Positions 1 to 10,410 of a stretch of 64,000 nt of DNA are shown in pieces. The number at the start of each line of letters is the position of its first letter. The stretch's first letter is position 1. Source of the DNA: Nemertoderma westbladi (taxonomy: Eukaryota; Animalia; Xenacoelomorpha); contig JAUCBJ010002048.1 of the NCBI GenBank assembly GCA_032718475.1, forward strand, positions 4,728-68,727, written 5' to 3'. A program made the position numbers and the translations under genes. Below the pieces are notes generated by a model. It had not been told where the DNA came from, searched no databases, and saw only the letters and a program-made list of their open reading frames with translations.

Positions 1-490
1 CAAATTCATATAATTATCTTTCAGTGTGCTGAACTCTGAACGCTGGTTTAGGAGTATATTCAACGTATAATCTAACATGAAGTCTAAGACAATGTAGAGT
101 GTAGGCTAGGGCCTACATTATGATATGCCTCAAAGGCAAAGCCTCAAAGGGTTAAAAAGCATAATTGCTCTCGTTCTGTATATCTGATCACCAATTATAC
201 ATCTTACAACATTCCACCTGTTCTGAACAAATTCATATATTATCCTTCAGAGTGCTAAACCAGCTGGTTTATGAGTATATTCAACGCAGTTTTCGTATTC
301 ATTAAAACACTCGTTGCGCTCTTCCTGTACATCTTATCATCAAAATATATAACTTACAACATTCCACTCCCGGTTTAGAACAAAATGATAACTCTTTCAA
401 TATGCTACGGTATATCAGGCGGTTTAGGGTTATATATAGTAAACGCAGTACTCGTCTTCATTAAAAGCCTCGTTGCGCTCGTCCTGTTTT
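1..490. repeat. Degenerate tandem repeat (~150-230 bp spacing)
   Basis: CAAATTCATAT..TATCYTTCAG.GTGCT...GCTGGTTTA.GAGTATATTCAACG recurs at ~1, ~228 and ~380; ATTAAAA..CTCGTTGCGCTC.TCCTGT recurs at ~300 and ~460. Confidence 0.55.
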
Positions 491-1254
491 GACTGAGAGT
501 ATTTTTCACAAACTTACACTTACGACCTTTATAACTATGTAAATTCTCGAAACTGCGCGTGGAACTGCTGATTTATGGCAGATGGACATATACTGTACAA
601 TATAGTTCATACCAAGCTTTTGAGAAAATACCGACAGCGTTACATATACGGCAGGTTGGTTAGAAATAGCTGCATTGAAATGGAAATTCTAACCATAATA
701 TTCTGTATAAATTTTAATACGACAGATTTCGATAATTATTGACGCCGACTATGCCGTAAGACTATGACTATATAACTAAATATAATACTTTATCAGAAGA
801 CAGTCTGTAAGTAAGCAATCAGTCTGTGATGTGTAACTGCAAGCCTATTTAATCCCAGCTGTTTATGTTATTATTTATACCGTTGTCTTGACAGTGCATC
901 TTAGCAACTAAGCGCCTCCTGTAATTGTATTGGCTGTTACTGCTTTCTACCTTACCCTCAGCTTATGTCGAGTCTGTGGAGTGAATTTAGCATCACCCGT
1001 TATATATTACATGGGACACATTACTACCTAGGTTTGGCTAACCAGTGGATGCGCTATAATTGGACACATGCTGTCCCTCCATTGGTCGATCTATATCCAG
1101 TAAGCAACCGAGGGTGGACTCTCTATAGCGGAGGGGCACTTGTATAATAACTAATAATCACGAACCCCGTCCTCTTATAATATACACCTAACTCTGCAGT
1201 AGTCAGTAGTAGTAGTAATAGTAGTTAGTTAGTGGTAGCGAGTAGAATAAGAGT

Positions 1255-1285
<31 letters not shown>

Positions 1286-1979
1286 TGAGAGGAAGTAGAG
1301 TAGAATAAGATACGGATTCATAATTATTTTATCAAACTCATGTACTACTTACTTCAATGTGCCAATTGTAATAATAATTAAACATTATCTTATGGGGTTT
1401 GGCCCCATAAGATATTATACTGACGTATTTTATATTAATATATCCATGCGAGTAAACAAGAAGTGAAGTAAATGTTTATTATTATAGTTTTAGAAATTGA
1501 ATGATATACCCAAGATAGTGAAATAGATAATATACCAGAAATTGCCATTTGATCAGATATATCAAAGCGGCGTCTTTAGTATAATACCGTAATAGTATCA
1601 ATTCACTCTGTTATACAATGTAAATATACTAAATCTATTTATAAATATATTATGAGCCCTACATTGTATATTTCTCCTACAGGTAGACAATGTAGTATGT
1701 TAAAACTTGATATAATTTGGTATAATGTATAACATATTACAAATAAGACTGAGGCAGCTAAACTATATTGCAAAGAAATCAAATATCCTAAAGTAATATA
1801 CTAGACCCTCCCTCCACCCTATAAATAGTGTTGACCACCTACCCCACCCACCGCCCTTATTGCTTCATAATAATGAAAGATAGTACTGGCGCTCCGGTCA
1901 CTCTGTTCCCTCCGCTGGGGGGGTTAAGAAGTAGGTTTTGACACTATGCAAAATCCGAGCACAGAGTTAGAAGCGCATT

Positions 1980-3366
1980 GGATAGGCGAACATTTCTTGC
2001 AGTGAAAGTATTTCCATACCTGTTATAGTTTTTGAGATAGTCAGACATGAGTAGCTAAAATTTGATTTTTTTTTGGTGAAGTCTTATTTCACCGGTACCT
2101 ATCATCCGAAATATGGATTGTGATATATCGTTAGATGCGGGTCCACTATCTGTACATTCACATTTTTTCAAGAATAAAATTCGATCAAGAGTTTTCGAAA
2201 TATTTTCGAATTACCGGAAGCAGACTTTGGACGACTATATCTCCGGTACCGGTAGGCCTATTGAGTCGAAATTTTTTTTAATCTACTTGAACACTCCAGT
2301 GAATATTTTTTAGTTTGAAAGTTTTGCCCCAAAATGCTCAGAAGTAATTTGGAAAAAACTGATCATTTCGCGATCATGATCTTTTGACCCCCTAGAATTT
2401 AACTTTTTTATGGTCAAATTTTGGCTACCCCCCCTAATTCGAGGGTGTGGAATCTTTTTGTAATGTTAAGGTTTTTCATACGGTGAACTCACATGACTTA
2501 TGGTCTTCGAAATAAAACCGAAAACATGATCATTCCTGATCATGGCCTGATCAAATCACTTTTTGAAAATTTCGAAATGCTCAAAAGTTGCCCCTTCTTA
2601 ATAGAAGTCGATTAGTAAAAAAAAAATCGGGGGTCTCAAACAAAGTTTTCGAGAAAATCGGGAAAAACCAAAAAACATGATCTTTTATGATCAGGAAGCT
2701 GATCTCGAGAACCGGTTACCGATCGAGCCACTTTTTTTTAATCAACTCCGAATAGACCATTGAACATTTCTTACAATGAATGTTTATTAAAAAAATGCTT
2801 AGAGTCGATTTTAAATATACTGATCTTTTCGCGATCATGATCTTGAGTTTTGACCCACTGGACTTGAAACTTTTTTTATGCCCAAATTTTGGCTACCTCC
2901 CATAATTCGAGGGTGAGGAATCTTTTTGTGGTGTAAGTATAAGTTTTTCCATACAGTGAACTCCCAGGACTTGATCTTTGAAAAAAAACCGAAAACACGA
3001 TCTTTTCTGATCGCGGCCTGATCAAATCGCTTTTTGTAAATTTCGAAATGCTCAAAAGTGGCCCCTTCACCATAGAAGTCGATTCGTAAAAAAAAAATCG
3101 GGGGTCTCAAACAAAGTTTTCGAGAAAATTCTAAAAAACTGAAAAACACGATCTTTAATGATCAGGTATCAGATCTCGAGAACCGGTTGTTCGATTGAGC
3201 CAATTTTTATTTAATCGACTCAGGGCAGTGTTCTGAACGTTTCCTACAGTAATTGTTTATATCCAAAATGCTTAGTTACGATTTTACGAAGTCCGATCTT
3301 TGCGCGATCATGATCTTGCATTTTGATCAGGAAGAATTCACTTTTTTTAAATCTTTTAACGGGAAT
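1980..3366. mobile_element. Non-coding repeat (probable non-autonomous DNA transposon) with ~470-bp internal tandem units; left part, interrupted by the LTR element
   Basis: GATC.TT.CGCGATCATGATCTT recurs at ~2362, ~2822 and ~3296 with long colinear similarity. The same unit resumes after the LTR element at 21660 (GAATCTTTTTGTAATGTTAAG). Termini were not identified. Confidence 0.55.
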
Positions 3367-5521
3367 TGTTACGGTATATGGCGCTGTATCCACATATATT
3401 AGTCCGTTATACTGTACGCAATATTAGTCCGTTATACTGTATGTAATATTAGTCCGTTGTGCAGCATAATATTTTAGATAAGGCATAATAGCGCAGTGAT
3501 ATTTAGATAGGGAAACCAAAACGCCCATATATTTTGAATCCATCCATTTTGTATAATATGTAGCCCTACCTACGTAATTTTGTATTAGGATATATGTAGA
3601 TAGTTCCAGGGTAGCAAGTTTAGTCGGACCCTGGATTTCGTGCTTGCTGATATTAGCTTCAATAGGGCTAGCATATAGGGACGCTGTCCTGGCCATTCAG
3701 CAGCCAGGGACATGATCCATTACGATATATGGTAATAATTTGAGGTTTGGGCGGCAATAGGGCTACAATCCGGCCTCCTTATTGGACTAACTGCTTCCAG
3801 GTTGGTCTAATGCTAGCGCGGACTGGAGAGCCAATAGGAGAGCGATTGAGTCACCCTATTGCATCACCCCATCCGGATCACCTATAAATTGGCGGCTTGC
3901 CGGTAGAGCTGTACAACAACCCTATACCTTACAATCCACACCCTTATATTTTAGCGTATTTCTGCAATTTGCTAAATTTTGATTAATTTCTTAAGATGAT
4001 TTGCTAGTGCGATTATTCTTGATTGTGTTTCTCAATTAATCCCATCGATTACTGCTAATTACAACTGGAACTATGATTTCTACCTTTTGTTAATGGTTCT
4101 ATGTGATTCCTTTCTACGCAATAATCCTAAGGGATTTCTGAGACTGTCAGACTTTGTGATTTGCATGCGCCGCTACGGTAGCTATTAGCATAATGGAGGG
4201 CTAAGGTGCCAGTGGGCGGTGGGCACATCGGGGGGTTGAGCGACTAAGGGAGAGCGGAGGATTCAAAGGCGGGCAACGCTGGCGGGGGGTCACCGTTGCG
4301 GTCGGGCAGTTCACGCTGTGGTATGCAGACCATTCGCCGGTACGGTAATTAAGGGGCTGATGATCCAGGTTTCGTCTCTATTTAGTATTAGGGGGGCAGG
4401 AATCAGGTTAGTTAGGAGTCCTATATGTACCCGGGAGAGGCCTGCACGTATCACAACGTGGAGTGTGAAGTACGAATAGTGAGTCGCACAACTGTGGGCT
4501 ATACAGTAGTTAACTGCATAATTGCGAACTGTGATTGCTGACGCTGATTGGTGTGTTATTGAAGTGTGCCTACGATTGTGAATGTTTAGGTAGGTGCCCC
4601 CTTTCTTTGATTGATTTCTATTTCTTAGTTACAACAATTAGTTACTGATTAGGTCAAAGTAATACGGCAATTTAGGCTATTACTAGCGAAACCTGTTGCG
4701 TAATAAATTAGAATTACGCATTCTGGAACTCTTAGTAATTAGTACGCTGTTACATATTTGTGACTGTAATTGATTAGTAAAAAATTAAGAATTAGTATGC
4801 AGCATAGCGGAGAGTAGCTAAGGTAATAATTAGAGTACTGTAAACTATTCACGCTGAGCGGTTATTTGCATTGGCGGGCAATCAGCTAGATCGCACTATT
4901 CGGTACACACAACACGCTAGTAATTTGCTGGCCTAAAGCCAGCTGCAGGCAAGTTTAGACCCAGAGCGGAACTATCCACGTAGAGAAAAATACTGTACCA
5001 TTTTGATTATTTTAAATATTCTCGCATTCACACATTACGATAGGGAACCCCCAGTATTCGCGATTAGAAAAGGCGTAGGCAATAGCGTGCTTTAATAGTG
5101 ATAGAATTAGGCGTAAGAATACTCTGAGTGCAAAGCCTCTCGCACTCGTCTTAAGTAAGCTTAGGGAGCTGACTCGGGTTTATTGTTTTGGTTATTCCCG
5201 CGTGGCTCATAGATTCGAACAGTTAGCTCTCTATCGAGCAATCGGTAGAGAAAGGAACAAGCAATTTTGCAGGAGCTGTGTAAATTTAGTAAATTATATT
5301 AGCGGACGGCAGATAAGCGCCATCTAACGGTAAGTAGCGGTTTGTATTTAGCAACCCTTACAATTTAGCAATATCACGCTCCTGATCCCCTTTACTTAAC
5401 AGTAGAGCAGTCTTTGTGTCTTATTGGTTAGGCGAGAACTTATTAGGTTGGCAGAGGAGTATACGGGTATTTGTCTGTTCAACAGTTCTGCTGTTAGTAT
5501 AGAGGTCGCGGTTGTTTATCA
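3367..5521 (+). repeat. 5' LTR (2155 bp)
   Basis: Starts TG, ends CA; direct repeat of 19549-21654. Contains CCAAT/ATTGG boxes, TGAGTCA, TATAAA (3883-3888) and AATAAA (4702-4707). Confidence 0.95.
3780..3915 (+). promoter_or_regulatory. Candidate LTR U3 promoter (CCAAT boxes, AP-1-like site, TATA)
   Basis: ATTGG ~3781, CCAAT ~3831, TGAGTCA ~3847, TATAAA 3883-3888. Motif-based only. Confidence 0.45.
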
Positions 5522-5533
5522 GTGATACGTGCA
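5522..5533 (+). promoter_or_regulatory. Atypical primer-binding site, complementary to the element's own LTR (4443-4454)
   Basis: GTGATACGTGCA directly abuts the LTR-terminal CA and lacks the TGG of a tRNA PBS. Its exact reverse complement TGCACGTATCAC lies at 4443-4454 and 20612-20623. Confidence 0.6.
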
Positions 5534-6711
5534 TTGGCTGTAGGCAGTAGCGTACAGTAAATAGAGTATTCTTAGGCTGATTAGTAGTATCACAGTATTA
5601 AGTAATAAATTGGAGCACGTGATCGTCTGCTGTAGGCTATAGGCTAGCGTACAGTAAGACATTGAGTATATTCTTTTAGGCTGTTAGTTTAGATTACTGT
5701 ATTCACTGGCTGCGTACAATAGTACAGTAGTACATTAGGCTGATTGCTGTTACTGCGTACGGTAGAAGGACATTTGTTTGCCGTACCACACACAGTATCA
5801 ATTAGGCTGTTAGGTTGGTGTACTGTTTTACTTACTGTACTGCATACAGTGGATGTACGGTAGTGCGTTTTGCTAATTGCGAATACAGCAGTTCCTTAGG
5901 CCTTAGGGCAAACAGTAATTAGTAAGTTTTTTGAAAATTTTAGCTAGGTTTGCGAGAATTCAGTTTCGGTCAAAATTATTTGTAAAATTCTAGAGTTTTG
6001 TACCGGTATGTTAGGTAACCGCTTAGTTATTTTATACCATCTGGAGATACATGGCAAGACGGAACTTCTGAGTTTGGGGTTCGTGTGGGTCTGCGGGTTC
6101 GGTTTGCAATCAGCGAAGGGCCTGAATCTTTGGACGCGGACGTGGAATCTCACAGCAAACAAGGTTAGTTGTTCTGTTGGCACCATTGTGTTTGTGGAAG
6201 CAGTAAAAATTACCGGTTGTTTAACTGCGAAGCTGAACTCAATTTATTAGTTAGGATATTTAGGTTTAGCCGGCCATGGTTTTTTTGAATCGCTCAAGTT
6301 AGAGAGAGAGTTAGAGAGAGTCGCAACCCGAAGATGTAGCCACGCGCTAGTGGATACATATAATATTTGAAACTAAAATTACGTTGATTAGAGCTATATA
6401 TATATAAAATTAGAAATATTCGGGCGGCAAGTATATTTTGAATATTTTGTATTAGATTCAGAGTTATTTTGTGCTATACCGGTATTTAATGCTATATAAT
6501 AGCTATATAATAATATTTTTGTTTAAATATTGTGCTAGTATTTGCTATAACTATATACCCCATTAAATTCACAATATTGCATTGCGAATTTATTTGACAT
6601 TTGGACCAACTGATTATTTGACAAATAATTTGACCGTATTTCGGTTAAATTATAATCATATCTCGAACCTTTGCGAGATATTTTTGCCGGAAGGCAAACA
6701 TTATTTAGACT

Positions 6712-9700
6712 ATGAGTGTCTCAGACAAGGAGGCACTAGAGGACAGCTATGAGATGGCGGCTGGACCGCCGACTGACGATAGCGTCAATATTACTGTTGA
6801 CGACAATGCCGACTATGACGACGCAGCGAGCGACGCTGACGTAAGTGAACAGGAGGACGAGACAGTGACTAGTGAGGAAGAACAACAACCTCAAGTAATA
6901 GTATTAGGATCCCCTACCGCTACTGTAAGGAAGGACTGTACAGCAGCCCGGACAGAGGTGAGTGATAGGGAGGGTAGTGTAGCAGAAGCGAGAGCCCGGA
7001 GCCCGGTTTCCAGACCTGTGGGTATGGTAAGTGCCGTGGTCCCGACGGCTGTAAGGAGTACCCGTAGTTCCCGAAATAATCCTTCAAGTCCACCGAGTGT
7101 AAGTCAGGTAAGTGATAGAGAGTTCGACACTGCGATAAAGAAGAAACTTCGCGCGCACGCCGGACATATAACTTGGACGGCGGACAAGGTAAGGAAGATG
7201 TTAGCTGACTCAGCGAACATCGGGAGGGTAGAGTTAGCAGAGATTAGAAGAGGATATAACTCAGCGTTATTCAAGCAGACGGAGGAGCTTGCAGTCCTAG
7301 CGAAGAAGGCAGTAGAGTCTCAGTCGAGCGACGTGGCGACGAGGATTTACGATAGGGTTTTGGCAGCCCTGTTGGAGCACCGCGAGTTATCGGAGCGATT
7401 CCGACGAGTTAGGACGGAGAACTGGCTGCTATGGGCATCCCAAGCGCAGGCGACTCAAGTGAGTGACGCAGAGTTAAGAGACTTAGTGGAGCGAGAAGAG
7501 ATCCAGGATAAAGAAGAGCGCCGTTATCAGAGGGAAGTTACTAGCTGGCTGATGCAGAATGGAGTGGTGGTACCGGGTCAGGTACTACCGACGACGGAGA
7601 ACATCCAACAGAGGACGTTGACTCCACCCGACGACGCATCCAGAGACAGTGGCGATTCCCAGGTTAGTCACGCGCGAGGTAAGGTTATATGTGCTAGATC
7701 CCTTGTTTCGCACAACTCGGCGGAGGAGAGAAGACGCCGACTGGACGAACAGCAGGCGGAAGTTTTGCGTGCATCGGAAGCGCGGAAGGAAGCCGAGCGG
7801 GAACGGGAGCGAACACGTAAGTTAGACGCGAAGTTGCGCGAATTGGAAGATAAAGGTAAGAGTGAGCGAGCGGAACGCGTGCAGAAGGAACGTGAACTTC
7901 AACTTGAACGCGAACGCAAGGAACGTGAACTCGAACTTGAACGCGAATGCAAGGAACGCGAACTCGAACTTGAACGCGAGCAGAAAGAACGCGAACTCCA
8001 GCTCGAACGCGAACGCAAGGAACGCGAACTCCAGCTCGAACGCGAACAGAAGAAATGCGAACTCGAACTTGAACGCGAACGCAAGGAACGCGAACTCGAG
8101 ATCGAGAAGGAGCGACGGGCGTTGTATGAAGAGAAGGCGCGTGTGGAAGAAGAGGGCGCAGCGAGACGAGCGAGGGAAGAAGAAGAACGTAAACTGGCGC
8201 AGTTGGAAAGTGCGAGATTAAGTTTAGAGAGCGAAGAACGGACTAGGAAGGCGAACGAAATCGCCGAGAAGGGGATGCGAATGATCGAAGAATGTGGGGC
8301 GAGTGTAGGGACAGAGTTGCGAGAACTGTTCGCACTGCAGAAGGCCGAACAGGAAGCGAGAACTCCGGCTATACGCGAGTCGACGACGACCAGAATTCCT
8401 ATACCCGGTCCAGCTATTACGAGTACACGGATCGCTAAACCGTTCTCTACATATCGCACGCCAGTTGGTATTAGTGCTTCACCTATCGCCCAGGATCCAC
8501 GTCATCGGAACACCGCACCACTATACACCGAACGAGAGAATGAAGAATTTAGAGAAGAAACTCCGACGGGACGAGTATTTGGCGAACCGAACCCGCGGGT
8601 TTGGAATACGCGGACGGAGCGCCGACCCAGTTCGACGGAGAACTTCCGGGTTAAACCGGAAGAGGGATCATATGAGAGACAGCGGATTACTCAGATAGAG
8701 CCGACTATACAACAGAACCCTAGCCAGGAATTTATTACGAGGGATGAGTTAAGTGCTAGTTTAGCGCAAGCTATATCGCCGCACATCCAACCTATAACGG
8801 ACATGCTTAGCAACCTACGGTTAAAGGAAGCAGCCCAGGTAAGAAGTAATTCTAATCCTAGCAGGCCTGAGTTAGACAAAGTCCAGCCTAGTCAACGAGT
8901 ACGCATATCGGAGGAGACTATACCACATAGACCTCAGGTAAGGACGCCTGTCCCGAATATTCATAATCCCAATTTCGAAAATTCGGCCGAGAAATTTATA
9001 CAAGATGCTTGGGTCAGGGCCTCGGCGCGCAAACCATCGCGAGCGCTAAGGACTGACACAGAGTCAAGCGATGAAGAGGAAGAAATGAGACGTCAGAAGT
9101 CCCGAAACTATAAGGAAAGAAGGACCGACGCGGAGCAGGTAAGTTGGAACCACCGGGAAAGGACCAGACTTAACAACCCTGCGGAACTAAACCATTTGTT
9201 AACCCGCAACGACGCAACCCTTAGGGACATAGGTAAGTTTGCTGCTAGGCAAGGACTGCCGACGCAACAACCCCAGAAGTTTATGGGTAACCATAAGCAT
9301 TGGAGGACCTTCAAAACCTATGTCGACGAGCAGCTAACCAACAGCACCTTTACTCCCAACGAGAAGTTCAACTATTTGCTTCAGATGCTCCATCGAGAAC
9401 CTAGAGCCATTGCTGATAACTTCGTCGGCAATGAAAGAGCATTCGAGTTAGCGATGAAGACGCTTAGTGACATCTACGGGAATAAAACCAAGATGGCGCA
9501 GTCGATAGTAGAAGACTTGGGTAAGGGCGGAAGGATTACAACTCCGTTAGAGCTGTTGAACTTAGCGAACGCTATTTCGAACGCATTGGACATCTTGAGG
9601 ACGGTGAATCTACCTCATCATGGTGATCACGCCGAAGTTTTAAAGAGCGTAATAAGACGTCTAAACATGCGTTATCGACAGAAATGGCGCAAATTAGAAA

Positions 9701-10374
9701 ATAAGTTGGAGGGTCAAGGTAAGGTGTTGACACTTCAGCATATTCATGACATGATAGCCACAGACGCAGTAGCAGAGATGAAATCAAACTTCTCAGAGGA
9801 GAATATGAGGGAGTCTAAGCCTGTTACCGGTAAGTCTATGGTAAGTTTTGACGATGACAGGACCACTGTGACATTTAACTCAGTAGACAGATATAATTCG
9901 AGTACCCTAGCCTTTAGATCAGACTCGCGAGTATGGTCAGGTGAGCGGTTAGATAGACCTAGGTTAAAGCAACAGGAGTTGCCGGATGGATTTGTAGGTT
10001 GCCAATACTGTTTACTAAAGGAGGTAAGATCTGACGATCATAAGTTAGATAGTTGCAGACGGTTCAAAGAATTAAATTCGGAACAGAGAAGAGTTCAAGT
10101 GCGGACGTTGGACACCTGTTGGGCATGTCTTGCGCCAGGCCATGTACGGCGGCAGTGCCCGAACAGCAAGGACGGATGCATGGAATGCGGCAGACTACAT
10201 CACAAGTTGCTACATGCGGATTTCCACACCCCAATGGACCGTTACTTACAGCGAAATCCTCACAGGAAGGGGAGCAAAGAACCCATATCGATAAGGAGGA
10301 ATACGTATACCGGCATTCAGGATGATGGTTACCAACCAGGTTCATCGGATGAGGATGGCGAGTCGAGCGCGTGA
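6712..10374 (+). CDS. BEL/Pao Gag (coiled-coil region, DUF1759-like capsid region, Cys/His motifs)
   Basis: 1220-aa ORF. PQKFMGNHKHWRTF...EKFNYLLQML (DUF1759-like). C-terminal CQYC...H.LDSC, CWACLAPGHVRRQC and CMECGRLHHKLLH are typical of BEL/Pao Gag. Confidence 0.9.
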   Translation: MSVSDKEALEDSYEMAAGPPTDDSVNITVDDNADYDDAASDADVSEQEDETVTSEEEQQPQVIVLGSPTATVRKDCTAARTEVSDREGSVAEARARSPVSRPVGMVSAVVPTAVRSTRSSRNNPSSPPSVSQVSDREFDTAIKKKLRAHAGHITWTADKVRKMLADSANIGRVELAEIRRGYNSALFKQTEELAVLAKKAVESQSSDVATRIYDRVLAALLEHRELSERFRRVRTENWLLWASQAQATQVSDAELRDLVEREEIQDKEERRYQREVTSWLMQNGVVVPGQVLPTTENIQQRTLTPPDDASRDSGDSQVSHARGKVICARSLVSHNSAEERRRRLDEQQAEVLRASEARKEAERERERTRKLDAKLRELEDKGKSERAERVQKERELQLERERKERELELERECKERELELEREQKERELQLERERKERELQLEREQKKCELELERERKERELEIEKERRALYEEKARVEEEGAARRAREEEERKLAQLESARLSLESEERTRKANEIAEKGMRMIEECGASVGTELRELFALQKAEQEARTPAIRESTTTRIPIPGPAITSTRIAKPFSTYRTPVGISASPIAQDPRHRNTAPLYTERENEEFREETPTGRVFGEPNPRVWNTRTERRPSSTENFRVKPEEGSYERQRITQIEPTIQQNPSQEFITRDELSASLAQAISPHIQPITDMLSNLRLKEAAQVRSNSNPSRPELDKVQPSQRVRISEETIPHRPQVRTPVPNIHNPNFENSAEKFIQDAWVRASARKPSRALRTDTESSDEEEEMRRQKSRNYKERRTDAEQVSWNHRERTRLNNPAELNHLLTRNDATLRDIGKFAARQGLPTQQPQKFMGNHKHWRTFKTYVDEQLTNSTFTPNEKFNYLLQMLHREPRAIADNFVGNERAFELAMKTLSDIYGNKTKMAQSIVEDLGKGGRITTPLELLNLANAISNALDILRTVNLPHHGDHAEVLKSVIRRLNMRYRQKWRKLENKLEGQGKVLTLQHIHDMIATDAVAEMKSNFSEENMRESKPVTGKSMVSFDDDRTTVTFNSVDRYNSSTLAFRSDSRVWSGERLDRPRLKQQELPDGFVGCQYCLLKEVRSDDHKLDSCRRFKELNSEQRRVQVRTLDTCWACLAPGHVRRQCPNSKDGCMECGRLHHKLLHADFHTPMDRYLQRNPHRKGSKEPISIRRNTYTGIQDDGYQPGSSDEDGESSA
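7885..8105 (+). repeat. In-frame 33-bp minisatellite in gag (ERELELERERK x ~6.5)
   Basis: AAGGAACGCGAACTCGAACTTGAACGCGAACGC units are visible and translate to an 11-aa E/R/K/L repeat. Confidence 0.85.
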
Positions 10375-10410
10375 GAAGTGACCTGCCAAGGTTTCACCGC
10401 GGATAGTTAA

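Noticed and set aside
3424-3696. 90-aa antisense ORF present twice (also 19606-19878)
   Set aside because: The duplication simply reflects the two LTRs; no recognisable domain.
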